A stretch of DNA of 63,580 nt, filler included, from Octopus bimaculoides (taxonomy: Eukaryota): the NCBI RefSeq assembly GCF_001194135.2. It is 6 parts of 6 records of this genome, joined end to end, with 100 filler letters (N's around TTAATTAATTAA, not from the genome) between each part and the next. Parts side by side here need not be neighbours in the genome. Positions count along the whole stretch, not along the records: positions 1 to 19,861 come from NC_068981.1; positions 19,962 to 37,367 come from NC_068986.1; 4 more parts are not named here. One strand, written 5' to 3'. This document shows positions 14,112 through 27,919 of this stretch, one piece after another; position 1 is the first letter of the stretch, and the number at the start of each line of letters is the position of its first letter. The position numbers and the translations under genes were made by a program. The notes under the pieces are model-generated. The model made no database searches and was not told the DNA's origin. It saw only the letters and a list, made by a program, of their open reading frames with translations.

Positions 14112-15046
14112 TAATTGATTGATAAATAGCTTGATAGATAGATGTATCAATATACTTCATATTGCATTATACTGTAGAAAGGTATATAATTTACAGATAC
14201 ACATATACACACTCACATACACAGATCTGTGTGTATTTATGTATATGTGCGTGTGTGTGTCTGCGTGTGTCTGTGTGTTCGTATGTGTATGCTCGCGTAT
14301 ATCCCTGTTTACAATATAATATAATATAAAGCTTTGTTCTTAAGCAAATTTAAAATGCATTGAATTATGACCGTTTGACAAACCCAGCTTAATCGAAATC
14401 TCCTTTTTTTTTCAGAAGTTAGATTAGCATGATCTCTCCCGAGGTTACAAATTGATAATCGTCTTTGAGCAAGGCTGGGAATACTTTCTTACATAAGCTT
14501 TTTAGTATGTTATGTGATGTATAGTCCAATAATTTTTATATGCAAATAAATTAAAGATAATGAATGTTCTATAGTTATACGAAGTACAGAACATGACACC
14601 ATACACAATGCACTAATTAAATGTCTAGTTAAGAGTTTGTCTATCTTGTATAAAAAAAAAATACCTTTGTAATCTTTCGTGAAAATTCAACACACCATAA
14701 TGAAGTAATACAGAGAAATACAAAAGTAATTCTGAGACCAAGGGCGCACAGAATTCGTTGAAAGGATATAATCCATTAAATTGATCTCAGTATTTGACTG
14801 TTAGTTACATTTTTTACTCCGGATGACTTAATGGTAAAACAGAGTTCAGAACTTGGTGGTATCAAAACATACAATATAGAAAAACAAAAAAAAACAAAAA
14901 TACTGTGGTATTATGTGAGATAAATGTGCAATGAAGCCAAATTCTTTGTGGGGCATTTTTCAACAGACTTTATATTTCAATTCCTTAAAATCAATTCAGC
15001 ACTCTCAAAAGTCAAAGAAACAACAATGTTTTAACATCATGTATGT

Positions 15047-15460
15047 ATAGGTGCAGGTATCACTGTGTGACTAAGAAGCAAGAAGTTCATTTGCATGGAA
15101 CTACGTTTCGGTTTCAGCCCCACTCTGCAGCACCTTAGGCAGGTGTCTTCTACCACAGCCCCGGACCAACCAATGCCTTTTGAATGAAATTGGCAGATGG
15201 AACTGTATGAAAGTCTATTGTGTATATATGTATGAGCATGTGAGTATGTGAGCGCTCGCTTGTGTCTTAGTTTTTGTTACTCCGCCGCTTGACATCTGAA
15301 GTTGGCTTGTTTTCGTAGCCTTAACTTCGCGGTTCGGCAAAAGTGACCAATAGAATAAGTACCTATCTTTTAGAAGATAAGTGCTAGATACACTTTGTTC
15401 GGCTAAAAGTTTCAAGGCGGTGACCCAACATGATGACAGTAAAAAATGTAAAGGATAAGA
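15047..15460 (+). mobile_element. SINE family A, diverged copy
   Basis: gcaccttaggcaggtgtcttctaccacagcccc...gcggttcggcaaaagtgaccaatagaataagtacc. Confidence 0.8.
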
Positions 15461-16036
15461 AAGATGTCATGTACAGAACATTTTAAAGTTTGGCTTGATA
15501 CTCTACCTTATAATATACAGCACACACACATATATATATATATATANNNNNNNNNNNNNNNNNNNNNNNNNNNNNNNNNNNNNNNNNNNNNNNNNNNNNN
15601 NNNNNNNNNNNNNNNNNNNNNNNNNNNNNNNNNNNNNNNNNNNNNNNNNNNNNNNNNNNNNNNNNNNNNNNNNNNNNNNNNNNNNNNNNNNNNNNNNNNN
15701 NNNNNNNNNNNNNNNNNNNNNNNNNNNNNNNNNNNNNNNNNNNNNNNNNNNNNNNNNNNNNNNNNNNNNNNNNNNNNNNNNNNNNNNNNNNNNNNNNNNN
15801 NNNNNNNNNNNNNNNNNNNNNNNNNNNNNNNNNNNNNNNNNNNNNNNNNNNNNNNNNNNNNNNNNNNNNNNNNNNNNNNNNNNNNNNNNNNNNNNNNNNN
15901 NNNNNNNNNNNNNNNNNNNNNNNNNNNNNNNNNNNNNNNNNNNNNNNNNNNNNNNNNNNNNNNNNNNNNNNNNNNNNNNNNNNNNNNNNNNNNNNNNNNN
16001 NNNNNNNNNNNNNNNNNNNNNNNNNNNNNNNNNNNN

Positions 16037-16096
<60 letters not shown>

Positions 16097-16579
16097 GTGA
16101 ACGTACGTATGCATATATTAGTTCATTTTTATGCACAAGAGTACACTGTTGAATGTGGCCTTTGAAACTAACCCCAAATCCATCATCTTCTCGAGGAACA
16201 ATCATACATAATAGCAATAGATTATTTGAACGGTGGTGACTAATAAATCACCTGAAAACCACAATCTGCTTTGTGAATGATGTAATCTAAAGTCGGCTGT
16301 ATCAAGTATATTAACGGCAATCTTCTATGTCAAAGAAAGATTATAACTCCGAAATTACTGTACAACAAACTCCCATATTTCTCTCAAACTCAATGCTTAA
16401 ATTTCCAATCTTTTGGATCAATTCTTTTTATAAGTATTCTTTAACTCTGTAGGTATGGCTAAGAAACTGTCTTTGAGTTTAAATTGTACTTCAGCATAAC
16501 ATTTTAACTGAAATTCTTCTGGTTTAATATAAAAACAAGGTGTAGTCTTTAATTCAGTCGATATTCTTGATTTTAAGCT

Positions 16580-16765
16580 GAGGCAGAGAGCTGGCAGAAA
16601 CGTTAGCACGCCGAGCGAAATGCTTAGCGGTATTTCGTCTGTCAAATTCTTCCGAGGTCGACTTTGCATTTCATCTTTTCGGGGTCGATACATCAAGTAC
16701 CAGTTCCGTGCTGGGGTCAATCTAATCAAACATTTCGGGCCTTGGGCTTATAGTAGAAAAGATTC
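16580..16765 (+). mobile_element. tRNA-like SINE, family D
   Basis: gagctggcagaaacgttagcacgccgagcgaaatgcttagcggtatttcgtc...gaggtcgactttgc...ggggtcgat. Further copies at about 43845-44055(+), 44360-44545(-), 44595-44785(-), 46560-46725(+), 53055-53222(-), 56290-56495(+), 59328-59470(+), 59955-60125(+), 60420-60585(-) and 60700-60840(-). Confidence 0.85.
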
Positions 16766-17516
16766 TTGGTTTTAAACTGCTACAGAGGTTAAAGTTATAA
16801 ATACACATTTAAAACAAATTTATGAACATCACATAACAGTTTCACTTTTTACAATTACTTCACTTGAATTAATTAACTACATGCAAAAACAGAAAGCAAC
16901 CACAGCTCTCAACAACTGATATGTGTTAAGTCACCTAGCACACTATTTTTGCCTAACATTTCTGAGACAGCTGGAAAAGAAAAACAAATATTAAAATAAC
17001 ATTTAAATATTTATAAGAAAGATCGAAATAAATCAATAATGAGATAACTTAGATCAGGTTATTTACCTAACCTCACTATGTTTTTTGCTTAAACATTTAT
17101 AAGGAAAATTGAAACAAATAAATAATTGAAATAAACTTTCCGACATTTAAAAGAAAGACCGAAATAAATAAATTGTAAAATAACTTTGAAGTATTTGTAA
17201 GAATGATCGAAAGTTATAAGATAGTGGAATATAGAAAGAGAAATGAAAAACAATTGTTGTAATAATCTTTTACGCATTTTAAGTTATAAATAAATAAACA
17301 GTGAAGTAAAATTGAAACTTTTATACAAAACAATAGATCTAGAATAAAGAATTCTAGAAGTACTTTGGTTTGCTGTAAATTCCTCATATGAGCCTAGTAG
17401 TCATAGATCATTGGTTAGAAATTCTCTTTGCAGCATGTGGACAATATTTCGCTTTATTTTTTATTTTTTATTTTGCTTTAAAATTTATATAAGCTATAAT
17501 AAAAGTTTTAAATTTT

Positions 17517-18165
17517 GGCACAAAGCCATCAATTTCGGGGGCTGGGGTTAATTAGATCAACCCCAGTGCTCATACATCTCTTATAGACTCTGGGAGGATA
17601 AAAGGCAAAGTCTACGTCGACAGAATTTTAACCCAGAACGTAAAGACGGACGAAATGCCGTTAAGCATTTTGTCTAGCGTGCTAACGTTTGTGCCAACAG
17701 ACCGTCTTTTTAAAAGCTATAATAGTCCTTTCTGCTATAGGCACAAGGCCTAAAATTTTAGGTAAGTCAATTGCATCGACCCCAGTGCGTGACTGGTACT
17801 TATTTCATCGATCCCGAAACGATGAAAGGCAATGTCGACCTCGGCGACATTTGAACACAGAATGTAAAGCCGGACGAAATGCTGCTAAGCGTTTTGCCAG
17901 GCGCGGAATAATTCAGCCAGCTCAACGCCTTTACAAAAGCTATAAAAAACAATAAGCTATAATAACAATAATTCTTTCTTATGAACAGATGAAGCCTGAA
18001 ATTTTGTGAGGGAGTGAAGCTAGTCGATTTCATCGATCACAGTAATCAACTGGTATTTATTTTATCGACTCCGTAAGGATGAAAGCAAAATCGAACTCCC
18101 GAAGCATTATCTCTGAACGTAAAGCCGGTAAAAATGTCGCTAACCAAACGATTCTGCCAGCTCAC
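17517..18165 (-). mobile_element. Three head-to-tail SINE family D copies
   Basis: Units start near 17517, 17740 and 17980; each has gaccccagt...gatgaaagg..aagtcgac...aacgtaaag.cggacgaaatg. Confidence 0.85.
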
Positions 18166-18207
18166 AAAATTATATGCTTGCTATAACAATAATAATTTCT
18201 GCTAATA

Positions 18208-18530
18208 GGCGCAGGAGTAGCTGTGTGGTAAATAGCTTGCTTACCAACGACATGGTTCCGGGTTCAGTCCCACTGCGTGGCACCTTGGGCAAGTGTCTTC
18301 TACTATAGCCTCGGGCCGACTAAAGCCTTGTGAGTGGATTTGGTAGACGGAAACTGAAAGAAGCCCGTCGTATATATGTATATGTGTGTTTGTGTGTCTG
18401 TGTTTGTCCTCCCAACATCGCTTGACAACTGATGCTAGGCTTACAAAGAATAAGTCCTGGGGTCGATTTGCTCGACTAAAGGCGGTGCTCCAGCATGGCC
18501 GCAATCAAATGACTGAAACAAGTAAAAGTG
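18208..18530 (+). mobile_element. SINE family A, well-preserved copy
   Basis: A-box-like agctgtgtggtaa; B-box-like gggttcagtccc; core ggcaccttgggcaagtgtcttc...ggtagacggaaactgaaagaagcccgtcg. Confidence 0.9.
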
Positions 18531-18719
18531 TAAAGAGAGTAAAGAGTAATTGATAAAGCGACTTATGACCATTACTGTATATATATATATATATATCTAC
18601 ATGCAAACACGTGCATATATGTGTGTGCTTCATACCGTTCTTCAAATCTCAGGAAGACAAAACCTGTTATTGAATCGTTTTCTGTACATTTTCACGGAGA
18701 GCATATATTGCATTTTTCT

Positions 18720-18944
18720 TTTACTCTTTTACCTGTTTCAGTCTTTTAACTGCGGCCATGCTGGAGCACCGTCTTTAGTCGAACAAATCGACCCCAGGAC
18801 TTATTCTTTGTAAGCCTAGTACTTATTCTATCGGTCACTTTTGCTGAACCGCTAAGTTACGGTGACATAAACACACCAGCATCAGTTGTCAAGTGATGGT
18901 GGGGGAGCAAACACAGACAGACAAACACACACACACACATACAC

Positions 18945-18983
<39 letters not shown>

Positions 18984-19139
18984 ACGGGCTTCTTTCAGTT
19001 TCCGTCTACCAAATCCACTCACAAGGCTTTGGTCGGCCTGAGGCTTTAGTAGAAGACACTCGCTCAAGGTGCCATACAGTGGGACCGGACCCGGAACCAT
19101 GTGGTTGAGAAGCAAGCTTCTTACCACACAGCCACGCCT
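18720..19139 (-). mobile_element. SINE family A, inverted relative to the 18208 copy
   Basis: Its reverse complement aligns along the 18208-18530 copy. Confidence 0.9.
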
Positions 19140-19149
19140 AAAACGTACG

Positions 19150-19560
19150 ACATTGTGGTTAAGCTCACTTTGCTGCGACGTGGTTTTGGGTTCAATCTTA
19201 CTGCATGGCATCTTAGCCACGTATCTCCTACTGTAGCCTCGAGCCGATTATTTTTTTGTGGGTGAATTTAGTAGATGGAAACTCTGAAAGACGGCCGTGT
19301 GTGTATATTATATGCATGTATTGTATGTGTTTGTGCGTGTGTGTGGGAGAGAGAGATTGTGTGTGTGCGTTTGTGCTTATGTATATCCGACTACCACTGT
19401 TTGACAACTGGTGTTGGTTTGCTTACGTCCCCTGAGTTAGCGATTCTCCAGCAAACGAACCTTTTAGAAGCTTAAAAGACTTCAGAAATAAGTACTATAA
19501 TCGATTTGTTCAACTAAAGTTTAGTCACTAAACGGGTTAAAGTTAGTCGCAATCCAACGA
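19150..19560 (+). mobile_element. SINE family A, old copy
   Basis: gggttcaatcttactgcatggcatctt...gtagatggaaactctgaaagacggccg...aataagtactataatcgatttgttcaactaaa. Confidence 0.65.
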
Positions 19561-19814
19561 ATAAACAATTAAAAGATGAAATAAGACATACATTAAAAAT
19601 ATAAAAAGAAACACCGCTGCAAATGATGCACGACTAATTCATTGATTGATCCAGTCTTTGATGCAGATTACACAAACACGTTTAGCTCAGATCGAATATA
19701 TTGTTTTGTCAAATAATTCGTTTTTGTCAGTTTATTTTAATTATTTCCAATCCTACTAGAATTAACTCTAGTTAATACTTATATCGTAGTGTTTTATGTT
19801 TTGTTTTGATTGTA

Positions 19815-19861
<47 letters not shown>

Positions 19862-19961
19862 NNNNNNNNNNNNNNNNNNNNNNNNNNNNNNNNNNNNNNN
19901 NNNNNTTAATTAATTAANNNNNNNNNNNNNNNNNNNNNNNNNNNNNNNNNNNNNNNNNNNN

Positions 19962-19993
<32 letters not shown>

Positions 19994-20274
19994 TTATTTG
20001 CAGATAACGTTAAAATGCAGTATTCCAAATCTGTATGTAAATGTTATATTTGTGTAAAGTATGCATAAGATTTGGATATAGAAAATATTTTCTTCAAAAT
20101 ATTAATACCAAAGTAGCAGAGTGAAAACTTTCGGGGGTATTATTTATAAACCATTACACGTGTTTTACTTTCTAATAGGAGTTACAATATTGCACATGTA
20201 GTATAAAACCTGTAAATGCATTTCTTATAAAAACTTAAGACAGAGAATCAAATAATATTATTTGCTTCTCTGTC

Positions 20275-20455
20275 ATCAGTTGACAACCGATGTCGCTTTG
20301 TTTACGTCTCCGTAACCTAGTGGGTCGGCAAAAGTGATCGATAAAATAAGTACTTGGCTTACAAAGAATAAGTCCCGGAATCGATTCGTCGGTTCGTTCG
20401 ACTAAAAACGCTGTCCTCCAGCACGGCCGCTGTCAGATGACTGAAACAAGTTAAG
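20275..20455 (+). mobile_element. SINE family A, 3' half
   Basis: gttgacaaccgatg...ggcaaaagtgatcgataaaataagtac...cagcacggccgctgtcagatgactgaaacaag. Confidence 0.8.
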
Positions 20456-20459
20456 CAAT

Positions 20460-20490
<31 letters not shown>

Positions 20491-21284
20491 CGTATATATA
20501 CCCTATCTGAGAGAATGGATGGATGACATCTTTCCGAATAATATTTTGTCAGAGACATACCTGCATATTTTGTGACCCGGAGTTAAACATCTTTGATGAC
20601 AATCACCATAGAACATGAAATTTGCCCAATTTAACTCACTGCTTGATGTATCTAACTCGGCGTGTGTATATTAAGCTCATTTTACATTATGTTTCTATTA
20701 AATGTATCTTTCTTTAACAAACCGCACGTACCACGAATCTTAGCATGAATTATAGTCAATGTTATTTCATTGAATTAATTTTCGACACACATCAGCCGTT
20801 TGTTTGGATTCATAGTGATTTTCTTTAGAATGTTTTGTTATAAGAAAAACTCATAAATTTAAAATAAATTCGTTCTAAGAGACGCCTCATCAAAATAATG
20901 ATGTTTCGCCGCATCAATAAGCATCTTATTGATCCAATATTAACAAATTTTAATTAGATACATTTTATTCAACCACAAAATCTTTGATTCAATGAAATTC
21001 GTGTTCAAATTTGATTTATTGGACAAATTTTAATATTAATTATTACTTGTCAAAATGGCGTCCTTTAAATAAGTTAGAATAAAATACACGCTTTAATGAA
21101 AGCAAGTCTGTGTTTTTGTGAATGCCAGGTTTGAGCTCGACAGGAAACGGTGTCCGGTTTTAACATGCAAATATGGTTGTCATACAATCTATGCTTAAAT
21201 ACAAGACGCAGAGAAATAGAAATATGGGAAAGAGAATCAAAGTGACTTTGCATGCGTGTGTTTGTGTGTGCGAGAAAGATAGAT

Positions 21285-21339
<55 letters not shown>

Positions 21340-22305
21340 TGTAGTTTCTGATCATGGAATATAGAGAAAAGTACGGAAGCAAGTCAAGGAAAGAGAGGCA
21401 AATATGTTGAATAGGAAATGTCAATAGAGATCTGTGGAAGTTCACATGTCAGAACATTGCCGCATATATTGAATATTTCTGAAGATATTATAATAAAAAT
21501 AATACTTTTAATAATTTGCATTCATCAATCAATATATTTAAATTTTTATGTCAACTATCAACTATACTAAATATGTGCGTATGAGTGTGTATATATTATG
21601 CATATATACATATATGTATACATACATAAATGTGTTTATAAACAGTTGTAGGATTCGTTAGAATGAAGATATTTAATTATTCAGTATACCAAGAAAGGGG
21701 CGAGTTAATCAAATACGTATGCGTACTACATACATACGCATGATCATATATGCATATACATACAAGCATATAGATTCATGATCCAATAAATGTTCTAGAT
21801 AGAAAATACGGAATTTTTCAGGTATGGCGTTTCGAAAACAGACGGACGACATTGGTTCTAAAGGTTCACTACAGTTGTTTCAAACCGTATTTTAAAAATT
21901 CATGTTTAGTTCGATTACAATGATTACAGCATGGAAATACAGTCTTTATCAGGTGATTAATATTTCGAGGGGACAAAAAGTGATAAGATATAGAATGACT
22001 ATTTGTTATCCATCGGCAAGCGAACGTTAATGCCATCTTTGACTATGGCGTAGATTCTCATCGAACAGGCTACTTCCAGTATAATGGTTAAGTAACTACT
22101 ATACATAGTAGTATTAAAGTTATGAAGTATAAAGCAAATAAAAGAGAAATTAAATTAAACACTCTTATATCATTTGCCTCAACGCAGAAGTGTGTATGTT
22201 TATATAAGTGTCTGCACGTACGACTGTGCGTGCGTGTATATATATTGGGAGAAAAAGACTCAGATAGACAAATAGATAGATAGACAGGCCGACAAAGAGA
22301 CAATC

Positions 22306-22339
<34 letters not shown>

Positions 22340-23169
22340 ACACTTCCACTTATCCCGTGTTCTACCATAAAAAATCCAGTTTCGTATTCATTCATGTCCA
22401 TTGTTCTACTTATGTACAAGTTAGATAGTTTATAAATTCAAGAGACCTAGGCCTAAATAATTAAAGATTTGAAATATGTTGTTCTTCTGTGCCAGATAAT
22501 CACTAATGCCCTTCTAACGGACACATAAATCATAGATGGCGCTCTTTGAGCAACCCAGTAGGCAATACTACCGACAGTGGCTATCTATTTAAACATGACG
22601 TACACAAGTACATTTATTTTCTACATGCATGTGTACGGTAACTATAGCAGACAAAAGTCTGCCTCATGTGCCTTGCAAAATTTAATATATTTATTTAATT
22701 TCTTAATGAAGTGTCAGCTGAATGTCTTGGGTATATCACGTAATAATCATTATTAAATATTGCAAGTTTATATGTATAAGCACACACACACATGTATGTA
22801 TTTTTGTAAACATATATATATATAAAATAATGAAGGCAGTAAAACATCTTACAACTACGTTTACAAGCGTTTCATCATCGTTTAGTATAACCAGTCGTTT
22901 GTTATTCAGTAACTACACCAGGAACTATTGATTAATTTCCATGTGTAATTTAGGTTTTATGTTGTGTTATATTGAAAGTGATGAAACGATCGTAAAAGAT
23001 GAATTAAATAGTTTCCAGAATTTATTTTTTCGTATTTGTTATTATATACACTCTCTGGACATTTTGTTGGTTTACGGATCATTCGAGTGTTTGCATGCAA
23101 AAAGCTTCATACCTTTCAATTTTCTGATAGCCGGTATCTATAGCAGTGGTTCATGTGATTATACACTAG

Positions 23170-23220
<51 letters not shown>

Positions 23221-23269
23221 TAGATAGAGAGAGAGAGAGATAAAGTGCGCACATATATGTGTATATGCT

Positions 23270-23327
<58 letters not shown>

Positions 23328-23336
23328 TAGGTTTAT

Positions 23337-23367
<31 letters not shown>

Positions 23368-24385
23368 CAGATAAATAAGTATGCGCAAATATACATGTTT
23401 GTGTGTGTAAATATAGATATACATATACATGTATATACATATATATATATATATGTGTATGTGTGTGTGTGCGTGTGTGTATATATGTATACGCGTGTGC
23501 GTGTAAACATATATATACACACATACACACACACGCATACATACACGCTATATTGGTCAAAGCACTTATAATTTAATGCAGATTGCTATATATATACAGA
23601 GTAGTTCGTTGCGAGATTGGAAGATATTTCTTTACGTTGACTTGGGAGGTGAGGTCATAGCATCAGACAGTCTTAGCAGAGAAATGTATGGCTCTTAGCC
23701 AGATTTAGTCAGCATTATTGTAACACTAGTAGACCGTTGTCCAAACCGAGGCATTGTCAGTGTTCTTTATCAAAGATTGCTATATTATCTTCGGATATAA
23801 TTTGCTGGCATCTATATAATCATGGCTGATTTGTGATCAATGCTTGCATGGATTAGCTGCCATATATTATGTGAGAAAATGAATAAAAAGAAAAGAGTTC
23901 TTTGAAAGCCGATTGAATGCTAATGAAAACTATACAAAACAGAAGCAGAATTAATGTCAGTTTTGAATTATCTATAAAACACAAACAAAGGAAGAGGGCA
24001 AAGTTGAAAAGAGCAGGTCGAATAAAATTCGAAATTAGTTCGCGAAGACGAACGGTGGCACAGATATAAAGAATTGAGAAACAATGACTTATTAAAAGAA
24101 CAAAGTGCCACGCCGAAGCGATAATTTGGAAGTGACAATAGTGGTGAAACCTCGTTAACTTCTATAGACATTTCTGTTAAAAACCTGTTAAAGGTCGTAC
24201 GATTTACGTAGGGAAAGTATTAAGAAACTTCTTTACAGTAACATAGATTTGAGAACCAATATCAAAATCTTCATACATTTACGTGTGTATGTGCCTATGT
24301 GTTTCTGTCTGTCTGTCTAGGAGAGAGTATGTGTATACATGTCTCTGTCTCTGTCTCCGTCTGACTGTCTGTCTGTCTGTCTGTC

Positions 24386-24429
<44 letters not shown>

Positions 24430-24910
24430 TACGTACACACATATTCACACGTATATGTATATAATAGCCTAATAATCTTAAAATAATCTTGAAAAACCAG
24501 CAAAGCTATAAATGCAGAAGCCTGAGAAGTGATGAAGCAACGAGTCAGCGTCGTTTCTGCGAGTTTGTGTATACGTTTGTCTGTGTACGTAGGGAATTAA
24601 ATTAAATAGTTTGCTTATTGTGCCTGTAGACCTGATGTATTTGCATATTTAGTACAGGGCATGAATATTTAAACCAATATGTCATATAAATCATTTGTTC
24701 ATGTGATTTGTTGTTGCACCATTTTTTCTGATACCTGTGTGTTTTTGAGCTATGGCATGAGACGCAGGTAAGCCCTCAAAGCAGCTGAATAGTCAACTCA
24801 AGGATAGAGTAATGTCGATCTTAATACAGACGCTCATAGAAATTGAAAAGATCAAACTGTCTCAAGAAACAAAAGAGCAATGAGAGAGAGGGAGAGAGAG
24901 AGAGAGAGAG

Positions 24911-25426
24911 AAAGCCGTGGTAAGCATAAGAACAAATCCCAAAACTTTCCATAAATTCGCAAAAGTAAAAGCCACAATATATTATAAAATAGGATCGTTG
25001 TTCCAAGAGAATGACTCACTGACAACGGACCCAGGAAGAATAAGTGAGATGTTCAGTGAACAATTTAAAAGTGCCTTCACGTCCCTCATTTGACACATGC
25101 AGATAAAGAATCCGGATCAATTCTTTGATAATGCAGCTCTAAAAAAAGGAGGCGACCGTCATCAATTACATAAACATTGAGGAAATATATGAAACAACGG
25201 CCAAAGATGAAATGAGTTCATGCTCCACCACTGCTGTTGATGGCTTCCTAAAGTCATGTAAGCTGGTTTTAGCGAAACCACTTTAGATACTTTTTCAAAG
25301 TTTCTTTGCAAGTGGTATACTTCCTAAAAAGCTGAAAGAAGCCATTATATGCCTTATCCTCAAAGAAGACTAGCAGAGGGCAAAACCTACAGGTCAATCT
25401 CTCTGAAATCGCATATCAGTAAAGTC
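24911..25426 (+). mobile_element. CR1/L2-type LINE ORF2 fragment (EN-RT linker and start of RT), degenerate
   Basis: IRTNPKTFHKFAK...IGSL...LTTDPGRISEMFSEQFKSAFTS, then LKSCKLVLAKPL*ILFQSFFASGILPKKLKEAIICLI...YRSISLKSHISKV, with stops and frameshifts. Confidence 0.85.
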
Positions 25427-26425
25427 AATTTTTGCAAAGTCATTTTGTTCAATGACGAAATGACTAAAAACGAGTGCGTCGAGTGTCGATGAGTAGAGGT
25501 AGTACGAAGCTAGCCTACTCCGAGGGGCGAGCACCCTTATAATAGCGTTATCAAAGGCAGAGAAAGTCGATAGCAAACCTGTTATTAACAGATTAAATCG
25601 ACTCTTCTCATCATGTGGTCCTTGGTTTCTGTGGGAGTAGCCCCAACGCAGTAAGATTTACGGGGGTTATAGACAGTCGTGGAACACACATGGGACATGT
25701 GGCATGACAACAACCACTAAGGACTGTTTGATATCAGTGTGGCACTTTAAGCAAGTGTCTTCTGCCATGAATTGGGTCAATGAAAGATCCGTCTGTTAAA
25801 TTTTCTGGTTCGTAAGAAGTTACTGAAAACATTCAATGTCAGCATTTCTGATTCTGAGGGGTAACTTAATTTTTCATCCCATTTAATCATACCATCTGAC
25901 ATTTAGGCTTTCTTTCCTGGACTCCACTTTGTTACAAAAATTCGATCCGTATCTCCAAGCCGAAGTTGTCTTCTTTTTTCTACTTCTAATGTTCCTCAAA
26001 CTTGTTCTAAGCATTAACATGTAGGTCAGTGTATTTGTTGTTGCTGTTATTGTTAATGCTAATCATATTAAGCTCAGATGGAAAGCTTTTCAAAAAAACA
26101 AAAAAACATGTGGAAAAGCCATAGAGCCAAGAATATCGCAAGATTTCTAAAGTAAATATATTGTTATTTCGTTACAACGGTTTTTTTTTAGAATTTAATA
26201 TTGAACAGCATGAATTTGGTTCGAATAAGAGGGAGAACATTTATCATTGATATATACAATGGATTATAACACTTGAAGGCTGCATGAATGACTATTTGGT
26301 AGATAAGATCACAGCGATGCAAGAGCATTGGCATACATACACACACATGTTCATACATTTACAAATATATATATATACATACATACATGTATATATATGT
26401 ATCTCTCTCTCTCTTGCTCTCTCTT

Positions 26426-26501
<76 letters not shown>

Positions 26502-27123
26502 CATGGATAACATAGCACCTGTTGATGGTTGGAAAGTATATCAGCTTCCATGATTTGTATGAAAGCAAACCAAAAACAGCGAATGCACAACGTAGTACAA
26601 ACGAGTGACTGGTACCACAAAATTTGGTATAATCATGACAAAACACCTGCTCCTCTGTACTAATAATAATTCGTAGGTTTATGGATTTTGGTTGTATAAC
26701 ATGTCAATGTAATCATGCTCCGTGTGTAACTGGTACTTATTTTATCAGATACGAAACGACGAGAAGGAAATTTCACGCCAAAACGATTTGCGCTTCTAAC
26801 GTATTCGAACGTAACAATTATATAGTGTAAAGCATTTCTCAATGTTCTACTGTGTTTCTCGACCAACTTGTTAAGTGCTAAGAATTCGATAATTCAATAA
26901 TTTACTCATGCCTTCAGTATAATCAATGGAATTATACGCGAAAAATTATATTCTTCGGCACGAACGCCTAAAATAACAACTGCAAATTGAGTAAGTTCAG
27001 CGTGCAATTATTAGAAAAAGAAAACAATAATGCTAAGGCCCTATTTCTTCACCTCCAATTTACTGTGAATATATTCTGGTTAGAAACGAAACTAATCTTG
27101 GACAATTGATTATATAATATATG

Positions 27124-27165
<42 letters not shown>

Positions 27166-27175
27166 NNNNNNNNNN

Positions 27176-27210
<35 letters not shown>

Positions 27211-27919
27211 CGTGTGTGTGCGTGTGTGTGTAGTTGGCAATCCTATTAGCTAGGTAACTAAAAATTAACTGTTGCAGATAATATAGAATACTGCAGTTGA
27301 AAATAGAAAGGAATCTTATGGAATCTAATTCGAAGGAAGCTAATGATAGGCGTCAGGCAGTGTAATTGCTAACTGAATCTGAGAGGCAAACCTTATAGAC
27401 GTGTTTCGTGTCTTGTCAGTGGGAGACTCATATATTCCCAAATCATCAGTTTAAACGCATATATATATATAAAATGAATTTTTATTTGGTTTGCAAGATA
27501 TTTAATATGAATACATGTGTTGGAACAATTTTTGTTGTGTCTGGGAGAGTCACTACGTCAATATTAATAACACACACATTGGTTCAAATCCACCCCTTTT
27601 TAACTTAGTCAATTGGTTACATCTCTACCCTACGGAGTAATTGATGGTTTGCTTCATTTGTTTGATTAAACAGACAGTCATATGTTTTTCTTTTTGTGTT
27701 ATTCGCCGAAGCCTTTTCATTGCAATTTGCAACATTTGCAGTGATTCCTCTCGTAGTCTGTTACGGTGGACGCATTTGACTGTTGTTTGTACATGTGTAG
27801 AATATTGTAGGTGTGTATGTGTGTATATATGTGTGTGCGCCTATAGGTGTGTGCGCCTTTAGGTGCCTATATATATATATAATCTCTATTTTTTGCATTA
27901 ATCGCTGTTTTTTTTAAGT

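Noticed and set aside
19862-19961. TTAATTAATTAA embedded in N runs, five times (19906, 37412, 41760, 55656, 61234)
   Set aside because: Each is exactly 44 N + 12 nt + 44 N = 100 bp, and the 12-mer gives stops in all six frames. This is an assembly spacer for gaps of unknown size, not biology. It also means contiguity across 61190-61289 is unproven.
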